A stretch of 64,000 nt of DNA from an uncultured Ruminococcus sp. (lineage in GTDB: Bacteria > Bacillota > Clostridia > Oscillospirales > Ruminococcaceae): NCBI GenBank assembly GCA_964556595.1, contig CAZKXB010000001.1:48214-112213 (forward strand), written 5' to 3'. Of this stretch, positions 17,297 to 26,089 are shown one piece after another. The number at the start of each line of letters is the position of its first letter. Within the stretch, counting starts at the first letter, position 1. The position numbers were made by a program, and so were the translations under genes. The notes below the pieces were generated by a model that had not been told where the DNA came from, made no database searches, and saw nothing but the letters and a program-made list of their open reading frames with translations.

Positions 17297-18859
17297 TTAA
17301 CCCCTGAACACAGGCTTTTCCAGCACAAACGGCGGCAGGGGAACGCCGTTCTCGCTGTCAAACAGCGTTATATCGTCCGTATAATTTGTCCAGAGATAAC
17401 GCACCGCCGTTGGAAATTCCACGCCGCTTATGTGGATTATCTCGCTGCCCTCGGCGGCGTTCCAGCTTTCGCGGCTGCTGAGTACGGCGCTTGCGGGAAC
17501 AAACTCCCCGTCCGCGCCCGCTATCTCAAAGCCGTGGATTTCCCCGCCCCTTATCTCAAGGCTAAGACCTGTCGCAACGAAAACATCAGCGCTGTCGCTG
17601 TTCCACTGCACATCAAAAACCTCAGGATTAAAGGTGGATTTTCCGTCTGCGGCGGTAAAATCGACGTCATAGCAGCCGTTCATTGCGGCAAGGAAAAATC
17701 TGTGCGCGGGCAGCGCCTTGTTCTTCGGGTGGATTTCGCTGAACTCGCCGCAGTCTGTAAGCACGGCAAGCGCGGCGCGGCGGTCGGTTCTTGCGGTTCT
17801 CGCCTGCGCTTCGCGGATAACGCACCAGTGCTTTCTGTCCTCCTCCCCGCTCCAGCGGTGCATGGGAAGCTGACCGATAACAAAGAACAAATCGTCATGC
17901 CAAAGGTCGCGCCAGTTCTTAATCATCTGATTAAGCAGCGTGTAGTACATAGCGGGACGGTGGTCGTCGCTTTCGCCCTGATACCAGATAACGCCCGTCA
18001 TGGTAAACGGCGCAACGCGCTTTACCATGCTTTCATACAGCACGCCGGGGCTCATGGGATTAAGCGGAGAATGCGGACCCGGATATTTATTCTCGCCGCA
18101 ATAGGCAAGGCAGCCGTCCCAATCGGCATTTGGTGTGGTGGAATAATACTCCGCGCTTTTTTCTTCCCATTTTCTGTGGTATTCCTGATAGTCGCGGTAA
18201 TCCTGCTTAAGCTGCTCTAATGTTTTTCCCGCAACGGCGGCGTCATATTCCTCAAAATAAACCTCGGTTTCGCCGTTGGCATAGCTTCTGTCAAGCCACG
18301 CGGAAGCCGAAGTTCCGCCCCAGTTGCAGCCGATTATGCCGACCGTAACGCCAAGTTCCTCCGACAGTTCCTTTGCGAAATAATAGCCGACCGCGCTCCA
18401 AGCGCGCGCGGAGTCCTTATCCTCAAAGGTATTCCAGCCCATGCGGCGTTCTTCTTCAAAAAAGCACTCGTCCGCAATGCTGCGCTTCTGGGTGTAATAG
18501 AAGCGAACGTCGGGGTTATCGTTTTCAAGGCTCTGCCTGCCCGTGGTGCAGTTTTGCAATTCAAACTCCATATTGCTTTGACCGCCCGCAAGCCACACAG
18601 CGCCCACCGCAACATTGGCGAATTTAACGCTATCCGCGCCATCGGAAACCGTAACCTCAACGCAACTCTGCGCGGGCTGCGGCGGCAGCACAGCAAGCCA
18701 TCTGCCATCCTTAACCACGGCGGAAGTCTGCGCCGCCTCGTCACCCGTTATAGTTATCGTAAGCCTTGTGCCGTCCTTGCCCGTGCCGAAAACATTAATC
18801 GGCTTAAGGTACTGAAGCACCATATTATCGCTGAATATCCTAGCAACCTCAAAATTCAT
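17297..18859 (-). CDS. Sialate O-acetylesterase-family (SASA/SGNH) carbohydrate esterase
   Basis: IFSDNMVLQ, VWLAGGQSNME, GCNWGGT, WYQGESD, EIHPKNK. Confidence 0.9.
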   Translation of the reverse strand: MNFEVARIFSDNMVLQYLKPINVFGTGKDGTRLTITITGDEAAQTSAVVKDGRWLAVLPPQPAQSCVEVTVSDGADSVKFANVAVGAVWLAGGQSNMEFELQNCTTGRQSLENDNPDVRFYYTQKRSIADECFFEEERRMGWNTFEDKDSARAWSAVGYYFAKELSEELGVTVGIIGCNWGGTSASAWLDRSYANGETEVYFEEYDAAVAGKTLEQLKQDYRDYQEYHRKWEEKSAEYYSTTPNADWDGCLAYCGENKYPGPHSPLNPMSPGVLYESMVKRVAPFTMTGVIWYQGESDDHRPAMYYTLLNQMIKNWRDLWHDDLFFVIGQLPMHRWSGEEDRKHWCVIREAQARTARTDRRAALAVLTDCGEFSEIHPKNKALPAHRFFLAAMNGCYDVDFTAADGKSTFNPEVFDVQWNSDSADVFVATGLSLEIRGGEIHGFEIAGADGEFVPASAVLSSRESWNAAEGSEIIHISGVEFPTAVRYLWTNYTDDITLFDSENGVPLPPFVLEKPVFRG

Positions 18860-18895
18860 ATTTGTCTGCCCTTTCCTGTGTATAGTCTACTTAAT

Positions 18896-18924
18896 ATTGT
18901 ACCGCTTATTTGTGGAAAAGTCAA
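18896..18924 (-). promoter_or_regulatory. Sigma-A-type promoter for the esterase operon
   Basis: TTGACT-N17-TACAAT on the minus strand. Confidence 0.65.
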
Positions 18925-18931
18925 GTACAAA

Positions 18932-19013
18932 AAAGACTGTTACACACAATCGTTGTAACAGTCTTTCGGGAATAATCGCAAAAACGCGGCACTGCACCGC
19001 AGCACCGCGTTTA
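18932..19013 (-). terminator. Two hairpins downstream of the surface-protein gene
   Basis: AAACGCGG..CCGCGTTT (T-tail on minus strand) and AAAGACTGTTACA-N9-TGTAACAGTCTTT. Confidence 0.65.
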
Positions 19014-19042
19014 TATTTGTGTTAAGCTAAGCTATGCAGAAA

Positions 19043-19837
19043 TTACTTTCTCTTCTTGGAAAGAACAACTGCGCCAGCAGCTACAACTGCAAGACCTGCA
19101 ACAGCAGCAACGCCCTCTACACCTGTGTCAACAGCATCCTTGCCTGTTTCAACAGGAGCATCTGTATCAACAACAGCGTCAGAAGCAGCGTCCTCGGGAT
19201 AACCGGAAACTGTGAAAGTAACTTCCATTGTTGTCCAGCCGTCCTCAAATTCGGTCAGATCAAGTGCAGCAGGGGCAGCGTCAGCAGCTATAGTACCATC
19301 AGTCTTTGTACCCTCAACGGTTCTTGCATCATCAGGAAGATCGGAAACCCAAGCATTGTAGAGGTTAACTCTTGTTACAACACCATCATCAGAGGATGTG
19401 TAAGGAGTACCGTTAAGTGTGCACTCTACGCCATCAACAACAACCTTATCAACGGTCATGGTAATCTGATAGTATGTGGGGTTGCCATCCTCATCAGTTT
19501 CGCCTGTGGGCAGGAACTTCTCACCGTTTGTAACACCGATAGCCGCAAATGAAAGACCTGTTGTACCCTCAACATCTTCCACCTCGCCAGTATCCTCGTT
19601 CTCAACGGACTGGAAAGCGTCAACAGAAACTGTGTAAGTACCATTGCCGTTAATTACCGCATTAGTAGCCTTTGGTGCGTACACATCATCCTCACCCCAG
19701 TACTGACAGCTATCCCAGTTCGGGTCAGAAAACATGATGTAAGCTTCGCCGTCAGTGCCTGCAAAAGCAAGAGAAGAGAGAGCAGAAGCAGCAACTGCAG
19801 TAGCAGCAACACAGGAAAGAACCTTTGTCATCTTCAT
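19043..19837 (-). CDS. Secreted, probably sortase-anchored surface protein
   Basis: Signal peptide; C-terminal VDTG followed by a hydrophobic helix and KKRK; codon usage (gct/gta/tct-rich) differs from neighbours. Confidence 0.85.
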   Translation of the reverse strand: MKMTKVLSCVAATAVAASALSSLAFAGTDGEAYIMFSDPNWDSCQYWGEDDVYAPKATNAVINGNGTYTVSVDAFQSVENEDTGEVEDVEGTTGLSFAAIGVTNGEKFLPTGETDEDGNPTYYQITMTVDKVVVDGVECTLNGTPYTSSDDGVVTRVNLYNAWVSDLPDDARTVEGTKTDGTIAADAAPAALDLTEFEDGWTTMEVTFTVSGYPEDAASDAVVDTDAPVETGKDAVDTGVEGVAAVAGLAVVAAGAVVLSKKRK

Positions 19838-20040
19838 TGTAAAAATCCTCCAAAATAATCATCAAACTGCACAGGACAACCCCGCGCAACATTTGTATCT
19901 ATATTATATAACATCTTTGCAATTTCTTCAACCGTAAGATTAAACAAAGTTAAACGTTTTCTTTCCTTGGTTTTTATTTGTTTTTCACAAAAAGCATACG
20001 CTTAATTTACCTCACAAGCCGAAATTGTCTTAAAAAACGC

Positions 20041-22578
20041 TTATCTTTTCCGCGTTCTTACGTTGGGATTGTCCTCAGGCTCGCGCATAATCGCGTCAAA
20101 CAGGCGCTGAGTCTTGTTGGAGCGCGTGCGCTTCTTTTCTTTCAGCATTTCAAGCTCCTCCGGGTCGGGTTCGGGGAACAGGCTGCGCTCCTCCGTCCAG
20201 ATACCGCTCGGCACGTTGTCCTCCGTCACCTTTTCGGGAATATCGCGCGGCTGCGGGGGCTTTTCCTCCGCCTTTTCGGGCGCTTTTTCGGGCATACTTA
20301 TAACGGGCGGCTCGACATTTTTCTCCTGCGCCGCAGCGGAATTTCCGCTGTCGGTCGAGGGCTGCGAAACCTCCGCAGAACCCGATTTTTCCACGCCGTC
20401 AAATATCGCCGAAACGTCCTTAAACGGCTCTGTATCAGGCTGTGAAACCGCGCTGAACTGCGGCGCGGCAGTTATCGGAGTACCCGCGATTTTGCCATAA
20501 GCGGATATCGCCGCCGCGTTCTTTTTGATTACTTTGGGCTTTGGCGGCGCGGGAGCTTCCGCAAAATCCGACTGCGGCGCGGCAGGGGGATTTATCTCCG
20601 CCTGCTGCGGCTTGACCTCTGCGGCGCTGTCGCGCTCAAGGTCGAACATATTGCCGTGGGTTTCAAGCGCGTCCTCGCTGTCGTACTTCACATCTCCGAA
20701 CAGGTCGAACACAGGCTGCCCCACCTGCGGTTTAGCAGCGTGAACGGCTTCGGAAGCTGTCGGCTCGGACTTCACAGGCGCAATCTGCTCAAATTTCGCC
20801 ACGGGCGCGGATTTGGGCGCGGTCGGCTCAAATTTCGGCGCGGGCGCGGTCTGCTCAGACTTCGGCACGGCGGCACGGCTGTGCTTCTCGCTTTCCAGCT
20901 TCGCCAGCTTGCCAAGCAGCTCGCTTACGCGCTCCATATCTATTTCGGGAGCGGGTTCTTGGACGGGCTGCGGCGCAGGCTCGGACGGCGGGGGCGCTTG
21001 GTCAAACACGGGTGTTATCGGGCGCTCATAAAGCGGCTTCGGCTCTGTGGCGGAAGCCTGCCCAAATGGCGTGAAGGTATTTGTGCGGGGAGCGTTGGCT
21101 TCCTCCGCCCTTATCAGCCTTGTAACCGAGGTATCGCGCTGCGAATTTTGCCGCCGCTGCTGAACGCTTGGCGAGGTAAAGAACGCCTTGCGCGCACCGC
21201 TTACAGGCTCGTCCTCGCGCTCGTCCTCGTCATCGGGGACAGACCTCGGCTTCTCCTGCGCGTCAAGTTCGCTGCGGTCAATGCGCTTTGGGATAAACGG
21301 CTTAACCACGCGCTCTTTCGAGGGGCGGTCTGCCCTTTTCGCCACAACCCGCACAGGGTTGCTGCGGGAAATATCAAGCGAATGTGAGTAGCTGATAAAG
21401 CTTTCAAGTTCCTCCACGGGGATTTCGCCCTTATCCGCCTTTTCATACAGCGCGTCAAGATAAACTTTCCAGCTTTCGTACTCCGAAAGGTCCATGGAAA
21501 CATTTACGCGGCTGTACATTTCGTCCGTGATTTCGGTGAATTTCTTTTGCAGTTCTGCGGGAATACGGCTCTGCGGATGCTCCTGCTCATAAATTTGCAG
21601 GCAGGTCTTGCCACCGGGATTAAACAGCGAGCAATACTCGGCGGTGTAGCTGTCGTCACGCACGAAATATCTTCCGCAGCGCTTGCAGCGCGCAAGCCAG
21701 CCGCCGCTTTCTATAAGCGCGTCTATTTCAAGGTCTGCAACGGCTTTAAGTCCGCATGGCATATATATTTTGCGCGGGGAATTTTCAATCTCGCTACGGG
21801 TAATATTGTAGCTTGCGTATTCCTGCGCAAGACCCGATTTCATGTAGGAGAATGCGTCCATAGCTATCTGGTCGGAAAGGCTGCCGCTGTGGCTGCTGTC
21901 GGAATAGTTTTCGGAATAATCGAAATCCGCCAGAAGATTTTTCACGATATCCTTGGAAATATTGGGGAACATAAATGCCGCCGAGGGTATTCTGCCCACC
22001 GAAAACACCTTTGTCACGCCAAGTTCCTCAACGTGGCAGCCAAGCTCCTGCGCGGTAACGCTGAACATAAGGTCGAAATAATTTCGGCGCGCCGCCGCTT
22101 CCGCCGCCGAGGAAATATCCCCCGCAAACACGAAGCTTATCTTATTTTTAGCATAATCCTGCACACGCACAAGATTAAGCCATTCGTTTATGGCGCGGTT
22201 GTAGCGGTAGTCGCAAAGCCGCGTGAAAACGGCTTTTTCAAACGCAGTGCTGCATGGCATAAACCTGTTCCACAGCGCGCCCGTGCCTACGTTATCCCTG
22301 CGGCAAACGTAGTCAATCCAGCAGTCAAGCACTATTTTGTCATAGGTGGTGCGGATATTGCTTTCTATATAGACGTGCGCACCCTTGAGGGAATTGCGCA
22401 GTTCCGTCACTCTGTCGAAGTCAAGGTCGCCGTCCTTAAGCGCACGGTCGCAAACCGCAATGGCATTCTCCGCAAAATATGCAAGGTCAAACTCGCAGAA
22501 ATTAAGCAGCGAGCGCGGATATCTCACCATGATAATCTCGCCGGAATTTATACCGACAAGATGAAGCGTTCTGTCCAC
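20041..22578 (-). CDS. DUF6076-like protein with a long Pro/Glu/Ala-rich disordered C-terminal half
   Basis: CKRCGRYF...EYC...GKTC Cys cluster; low-complexity residues from about 410 to 845. Confidence 0.65.
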   Translation of the reverse strand: MDRTLHLVGINSGEIIMVRYPRSLLNFCEFDLAYFAENAIAVCDRALKDGDLDFDRVTELRNSLKGAHVYIESNIRTTYDKIVLDCWIDYVCRRDNVGTGALWNRFMPCSTAFEKAVFTRLCDYRYNRAINEWLNLVRVQDYAKNKISFVFAGDISSAAEAAARRNYFDLMFSVTAQELGCHVEELGVTKVFSVGRIPSAAFMFPNISKDIVKNLLADFDYSENYSDSSHSGSLSDQIAMDAFSYMKSGLAQEYASYNITRSEIENSPRKIYMPCGLKAVADLEIDALIESGGWLARCKRCGRYFVRDDSYTAEYCSLFNPGGKTCLQIYEQEHPQSRIPAELQKKFTEITDEMYSRVNVSMDLSEYESWKVYLDALYEKADKGEIPVEELESFISYSHSLDISRSNPVRVVAKRADRPSKERVVKPFIPKRIDRSELDAQEKPRSVPDDEDEREDEPVSGARKAFFTSPSVQQRRQNSQRDTSVTRLIRAEEANAPRTNTFTPFGQASATEPKPLYERPITPVFDQAPPPSEPAPQPVQEPAPEIDMERVSELLGKLAKLESEKHSRAAVPKSEQTAPAPKFEPTAPKSAPVAKFEQIAPVKSEPTASEAVHAAKPQVGQPVFDLFGDVKYDSEDALETHGNMFDLERDSAAEVKPQQAEINPPAAPQSDFAEAPAPPKPKVIKKNAAAISAYGKIAGTPITAAPQFSAVSQPDTEPFKDVSAIFDGVEKSGSAEVSQPSTDSGNSAAAQEKNVEPPVISMPEKAPEKAEEKPPQPRDIPEKVTEDNVPSGIWTEERSLFPEPDPEELEMLKEKKRTRSNKTQRLFDAIMREPEDNPNVRTRKR

Positions 22579-22661
22579 GGTACATCTCCTTTCAATACGG
22601 CAGCGCCGTTAATATGCCAAAAGGACGGCTAAGCAGCTTGCGCCCGCCTGCCGTCCGAAAT

Positions 22662-23555
22662 TTATACTGCCTGCGCAGCTTCAAGCGTCTGAACCAAAGC
22701 TTCCTTGGTTTCGCCCGCGCCCGATGAAGTTTCATCAGTTTCGCCGAATGCGGGAACTTCTTCAAGCTCGTCCGCTTCCTCTGACTCTGTGGGTTTAATC
22801 AGATAGGGATTTTCTCTCAAGCTGCCCTCTACGCGCAGCATTTCTGTATTTTCGCCATACACATCTGTAACATACCACACAACGGGATTGTCGCTCTGCC
22901 CCGTATACTGCATGGAATGAGCGTGCTGGCAGCCCAGAACCTTTTTGCAGTAGCCAAACGGAATTTCAACATCATCGCCCGTATATTCTATATAATAAGA
23001 AGCAATACGGCGGTCGCCTACGGGGTCGTCAACATAACGCACAATGCGGTATTCGCCCGACGGTGAGAGAACTTCGTACTTAAGGTCGCGCTCTGAAAGG
23101 TCAACGCCTGTAAAGTTAAGCGTACCCATAAGCATTCCGACAGCGATATACGCCGCAACGCCTATAACGTACATCAGCAGAAACATCGTGCCGAAAACCG
23201 TCTTAAGCGTTTCGTTCATTCCGCTGAAAAGGAATACTACCACAACCACCACAAGGGGCGGCGCAATCATATACCAGTTTCCGTAAGCGAAAATGACGAT
23301 AAGAAACACGATAATTGGCAGCAGCATACTGTTAATCATGGTAAGCACCTGCCGCCGCGTGTATATCATAAGCGCAAGCGCCGCAAGATTTACAAAAAGA
23401 TACAGCACAAAAAGCGCGCTTGCGTTGTCATAATGGAATGTGTAGGCAAGATTAAGCCACGCCACCCAGACTATCAAGCCCGTGTAAGCCCAGCAAAGCA
23501 GGGACACTCCCCTTTTGAACCACACATTTTTGAAAAAAGCAACAAGCTTGTCCAT
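22662..23555 (-). CDS. Integral membrane protein (about 6 TM) with acidic C-terminal domain
   Basis: Start reassigned to MDKLVAFF at 23555 (GAAAGGA RBS); hydrophobic N-terminal half. Confidence 0.75.
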   Translation of the reverse strand: MDKLVAFFKNVWFKRGVSLLCWAYTGLIVWVAWLNLAYTFHYDNASALFVLYLFVNLAALALMIYTRRQVLTMINSMLLPIIVFLIVIFAYGNWYMIAPPLVVVVVVFLFSGMNETLKTVFGTMFLLMYVIGVAAYIAVGMLMGTLNFTGVDLSERDLKYEVLSPSGEYRIVRYVDDPVGDRRIASYYIEYTGDDVEIPFGYCKKVLGCQHAHSMQYTGQSDNPVVWYVTDVYGENTEMLRVEGSLRENPYLIKPTESEEADELEEVPAFGETDETSSGAGETKEALVQTLEAAQAV

Positions 23556-23625
23556 TATGGCAAATTCCTTTCTGTTGCAGGTACGCCGCGCATGGCATAT
23601 GCCCGCGCGGTGCGCCCGAAAATGA

Positions 23626-24522
23626 TTAGTAGAACTTCTTCTTTCTGTAAATGATAAATCCGACAGCCGCTGCCGCAATTACCACTACCACAACAATAAT
23701 TATAATAATGGGACCCGCAATGCCGCTGCTGCCTGCACCGTCAGCCGCTGCCGATGTTGTTGTGGAAACGGGAGCGTTAGTGGTGGTCTGCGAGGGCTGC
23801 GTGGTGGTTGTGATGGGGCGCGAGGTATCGTCCTGCTCAGGGGCGGAAGATGTATCGGAGGATACAGGCTCGTCTGCGGGTTCATCAGCAGGCTCATCGG
23901 GCGTGCTTTCCTCCGCCGAAGTATCGTCAGGCTCTGAAACGTCCTGCTCGTTGTCATCAGCAGGTGTGGAAACCTCGTCATCAGGCTCAACAGCTTCTGC
24001 GCCGTCAACGCCCACAAATCTTAACTCGCCGACAGTAACCTCCACGGTTTCGGCAGCTTCAGAGTTGCTGCAAATCTGCGCACGGATAAGCAGGGGTGTA
24101 TTATTCTTAAACTCGGAATAATATGTAGACAGCGGCTCTCTGAGGGTAATGGTCTTGCCGTTCACAAGATAGGTATCCCAAACGCTTGGGTTTACCCAGC
24201 CCCATGTGCTTGTAAAAGCGGGGAGAATTGCATAAACATCATCTGCCGCAGAATTAAGAGTAAGGTCTATCTCCACATAAGCGTTGGAGTTGTTCCAGAA
24301 TTCGGGGTCAAGCGCGTCACCGCTAAGGTAATAATTTATGGACTTTGCCCCGTCCGCGGAAACGGAGAATGTGGCTGTAAAGCCGTCAGCCGTAACAGCA
24401 CCGTCAGCCGTGCCGTCAGTATCCACCTTGGATATAAAAGCCGCGCAAGCGCCAACGGACAGCACAAAAATCATTGCCAGTGCCACAACAACAGCACCAA
24501 GCCTTCTAATCTTTCTTGACAT
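23626..24522 (-). CDS. Cell-surface protein: signal peptide, beta-rich domain, D/E/P/T linker, C-terminal TM anchor
   Basis: Sequence architecture; GGAGG RBS; TTGAAA-N17-TACAAT promoter upstream. Confidence 0.8.
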   Translation of the reverse strand: MSRKIRRLGAVVVALAMIFVLSVGACAAFISKVDTDGTADGAVTADGFTATFSVSADGAKSINYYLSGDALDPEFWNNSNAYVEIDLTLNSAADDVYAILPAFTSTWGWVNPSVWDTYLVNGKTITLREPLSTYYSEFKNNTPLLIRAQICSNSEAAETVEVTVGELRFVGVDGAEAVEPDDEVSTPADDNEQDVSEPDDTSAEESTPDEPADEPADEPVSSDTSSAPEQDDTSRPITTTTQPSQTTTNAPVSTTTSAAADGAGSSGIAGPIIIIIVVVVVIAAAAVGFIIYRKKKFY

Positions 24523-24745
24523 AAAAATTGCCTCCTGTGAAATATATATAACCTATGGGATTTCCCCATTGGGCGAATATCGGCACACTGCCGCATATTA
24601 TTATTGTATATCAAAAGCGGAAAAATTTCAAGGGGTTTAAGCAAGTTTATTATTTTTTACAAATATTCTGCCATTATACGGAACATCATATGCACCCCGT
24701 ACATTTTTCCGTGTGTCCGTGCCGCCTCTGCCGCCTTTTCGGACA

Positions 24746-24774
24746 AAAATTCCGCCGAGAGCCGACGGAATTTT
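24746..24774 (-). terminator. Intrinsic terminator of ftsZ
   Basis: AAAATTCCG-N11-CGGAATTTT followed by a T run on the minus strand. Confidence 0.75.
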
Positions 24775-24799
24775 ATACTCTTAGTTATCTTAGCGGAAT

Positions 24800-25933
24800 T
24801 TATTTCGAACTGTTGAGTATTTGCAGCAGCGCGTCTATATCCCCCGTATCGGTGTCGGAAATCGGCATACCGCCCATCTGCGAAAGCGAGGACACAGTTT
24901 CCTCCGAAACAACGGTGAATTTATCGGGCTGACGTGCGGGAGCTGCGCCCGCAAAATCGGTAGCGATAGCGATAATGGAAATCTCGTCGTCGTCCAGATT
25001 ATCGTCAAACATGATACCCGCCTTAACCCTTGCATTGGGAGCGGCGTTCTTGGTAATTTCTGCGGAGATTGCGTCAAAATCGTCCAGCGTGCAGGAAGTG
25101 GGAATACTTACGTTAAGCAGCACTCTGCGCGCGCCCGAAATGGAAGTTTCAAGCAGCGGGCTGTGCAGAACCTCGTTAAGCGCGTCCTCAATCTTGTTGT
25201 CGCCCTTGCCCTTGCCCATAGCCATGTGGGCAATGCCGCTGTCCTTAAGCGCCATGGTTACATCGGCGAAATCCACGTTCATAAAGCCAACGCCCGTTAC
25301 AAGGTCGGAAATACCCTTTACCGCCTTGTAAAGCACGCTGTCAACCGCCTTGAACGCTTCAATGGTGGTAAGCTTGCTGTTGGAAATCTCCTTAACCTTC
25401 TCGTTAGGAATAACAATAAGCGCGTCAACGTATTTCTGCATTTCGTCAATGCCCTTCATTGCCTGAACCATCTTCTCCTTGCCCTCCCACGCGAAAGGCT
25501 TGGTAACAACGCCAACGGTAAGTATATTCTTGTCCTTTGCAATAGAAGCCACAACAGGGCCTGCGCCCGTGCCTGTGCCGCCGCCCATGCCTGCGGCAAC
25601 AAACGCCATGGAAACCTTATCCATAACCGCGGTAAGCTCGTCACGGCTTTCCTCAGCGGACTCCTGTCCCACTGAAGGCTCGTTGCCTGCGCCCCAGCCG
25701 CGTGTGCGCTTTTTGCCAATCTGAAGGCGCTTCATCTTGCTGCCGTCTTTGGAGCGCAGCGCCTTTACATCGGTATTTGCCACAACATAGTCTATGCCTG
25801 TCATGCCAGCTTCAATCATGTGGTCAACAGCGTTTCCGCCGCCGCCGCCAACGCCGATAACCATTATTTTGGTGGCGTCCTCAAACTCGTCCAGTTCAAA
25901 ATCATCATCATGCTTATCTATTTCAAATGCCAT
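24800..25933 (-). CDS. ftsZ: Cell division GTPase FtsZ
   Basis: GVGGGGGNA, GGGTGTG, T7 loop NVDFADV; start MAFE after GGAGG. Confidence 0.97.
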   Translation of the reverse strand: MAFEIDKHDDDFELDEFEDATKIMVIGVGGGGGNAVDHMIEAGMTGIDYVVANTDVKALRSKDGSKMKRLQIGKKRTRGWGAGNEPSVGQESAEESRDELTAVMDKVSMAFVAAGMGGGTGTGAGPVVASIAKDKNILTVGVVTKPFAWEGKEKMVQAMKGIDEMQKYVDALIVIPNEKVKEISNSKLTTIEAFKAVDSVLYKAVKGISDLVTGVGFMNVDFADVTMALKDSGIAHMAMGKGKGDNKIEDALNEVLHSPLLETSISGARRVLLNVSIPTSCTLDDFDAISAEITKNAAPNARVKAGIMFDDNLDDDEISIIAIATDFAGAAPARQPDKFTVVSEETVSSLSQMGGMPISDTDTGDIDALLQILNSSK

Positions 25934-26010
25934 GTCTTTGTCCTCCAAAGCTTTTATTTTTCATATAAGGGTATGCAACGAAACACCCTAAATATAGTAA
26001 TCTACTATCT

Positions 26011-26039
26011 ATTATAACAGATACGAACCCAAAATGCAA
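26011..26039 (-). promoter_or_regulatory. Dedicated sigma-A promoter of ftsZ
   Basis: TTGCAT-N17-TATAAT with extended TG. Confidence 0.7.
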
Positions 26040-26089
26040 CTGTTTTTTCAAAGAAATTTCTGTAAACCGCAAATCAAGGCAATATTTTC

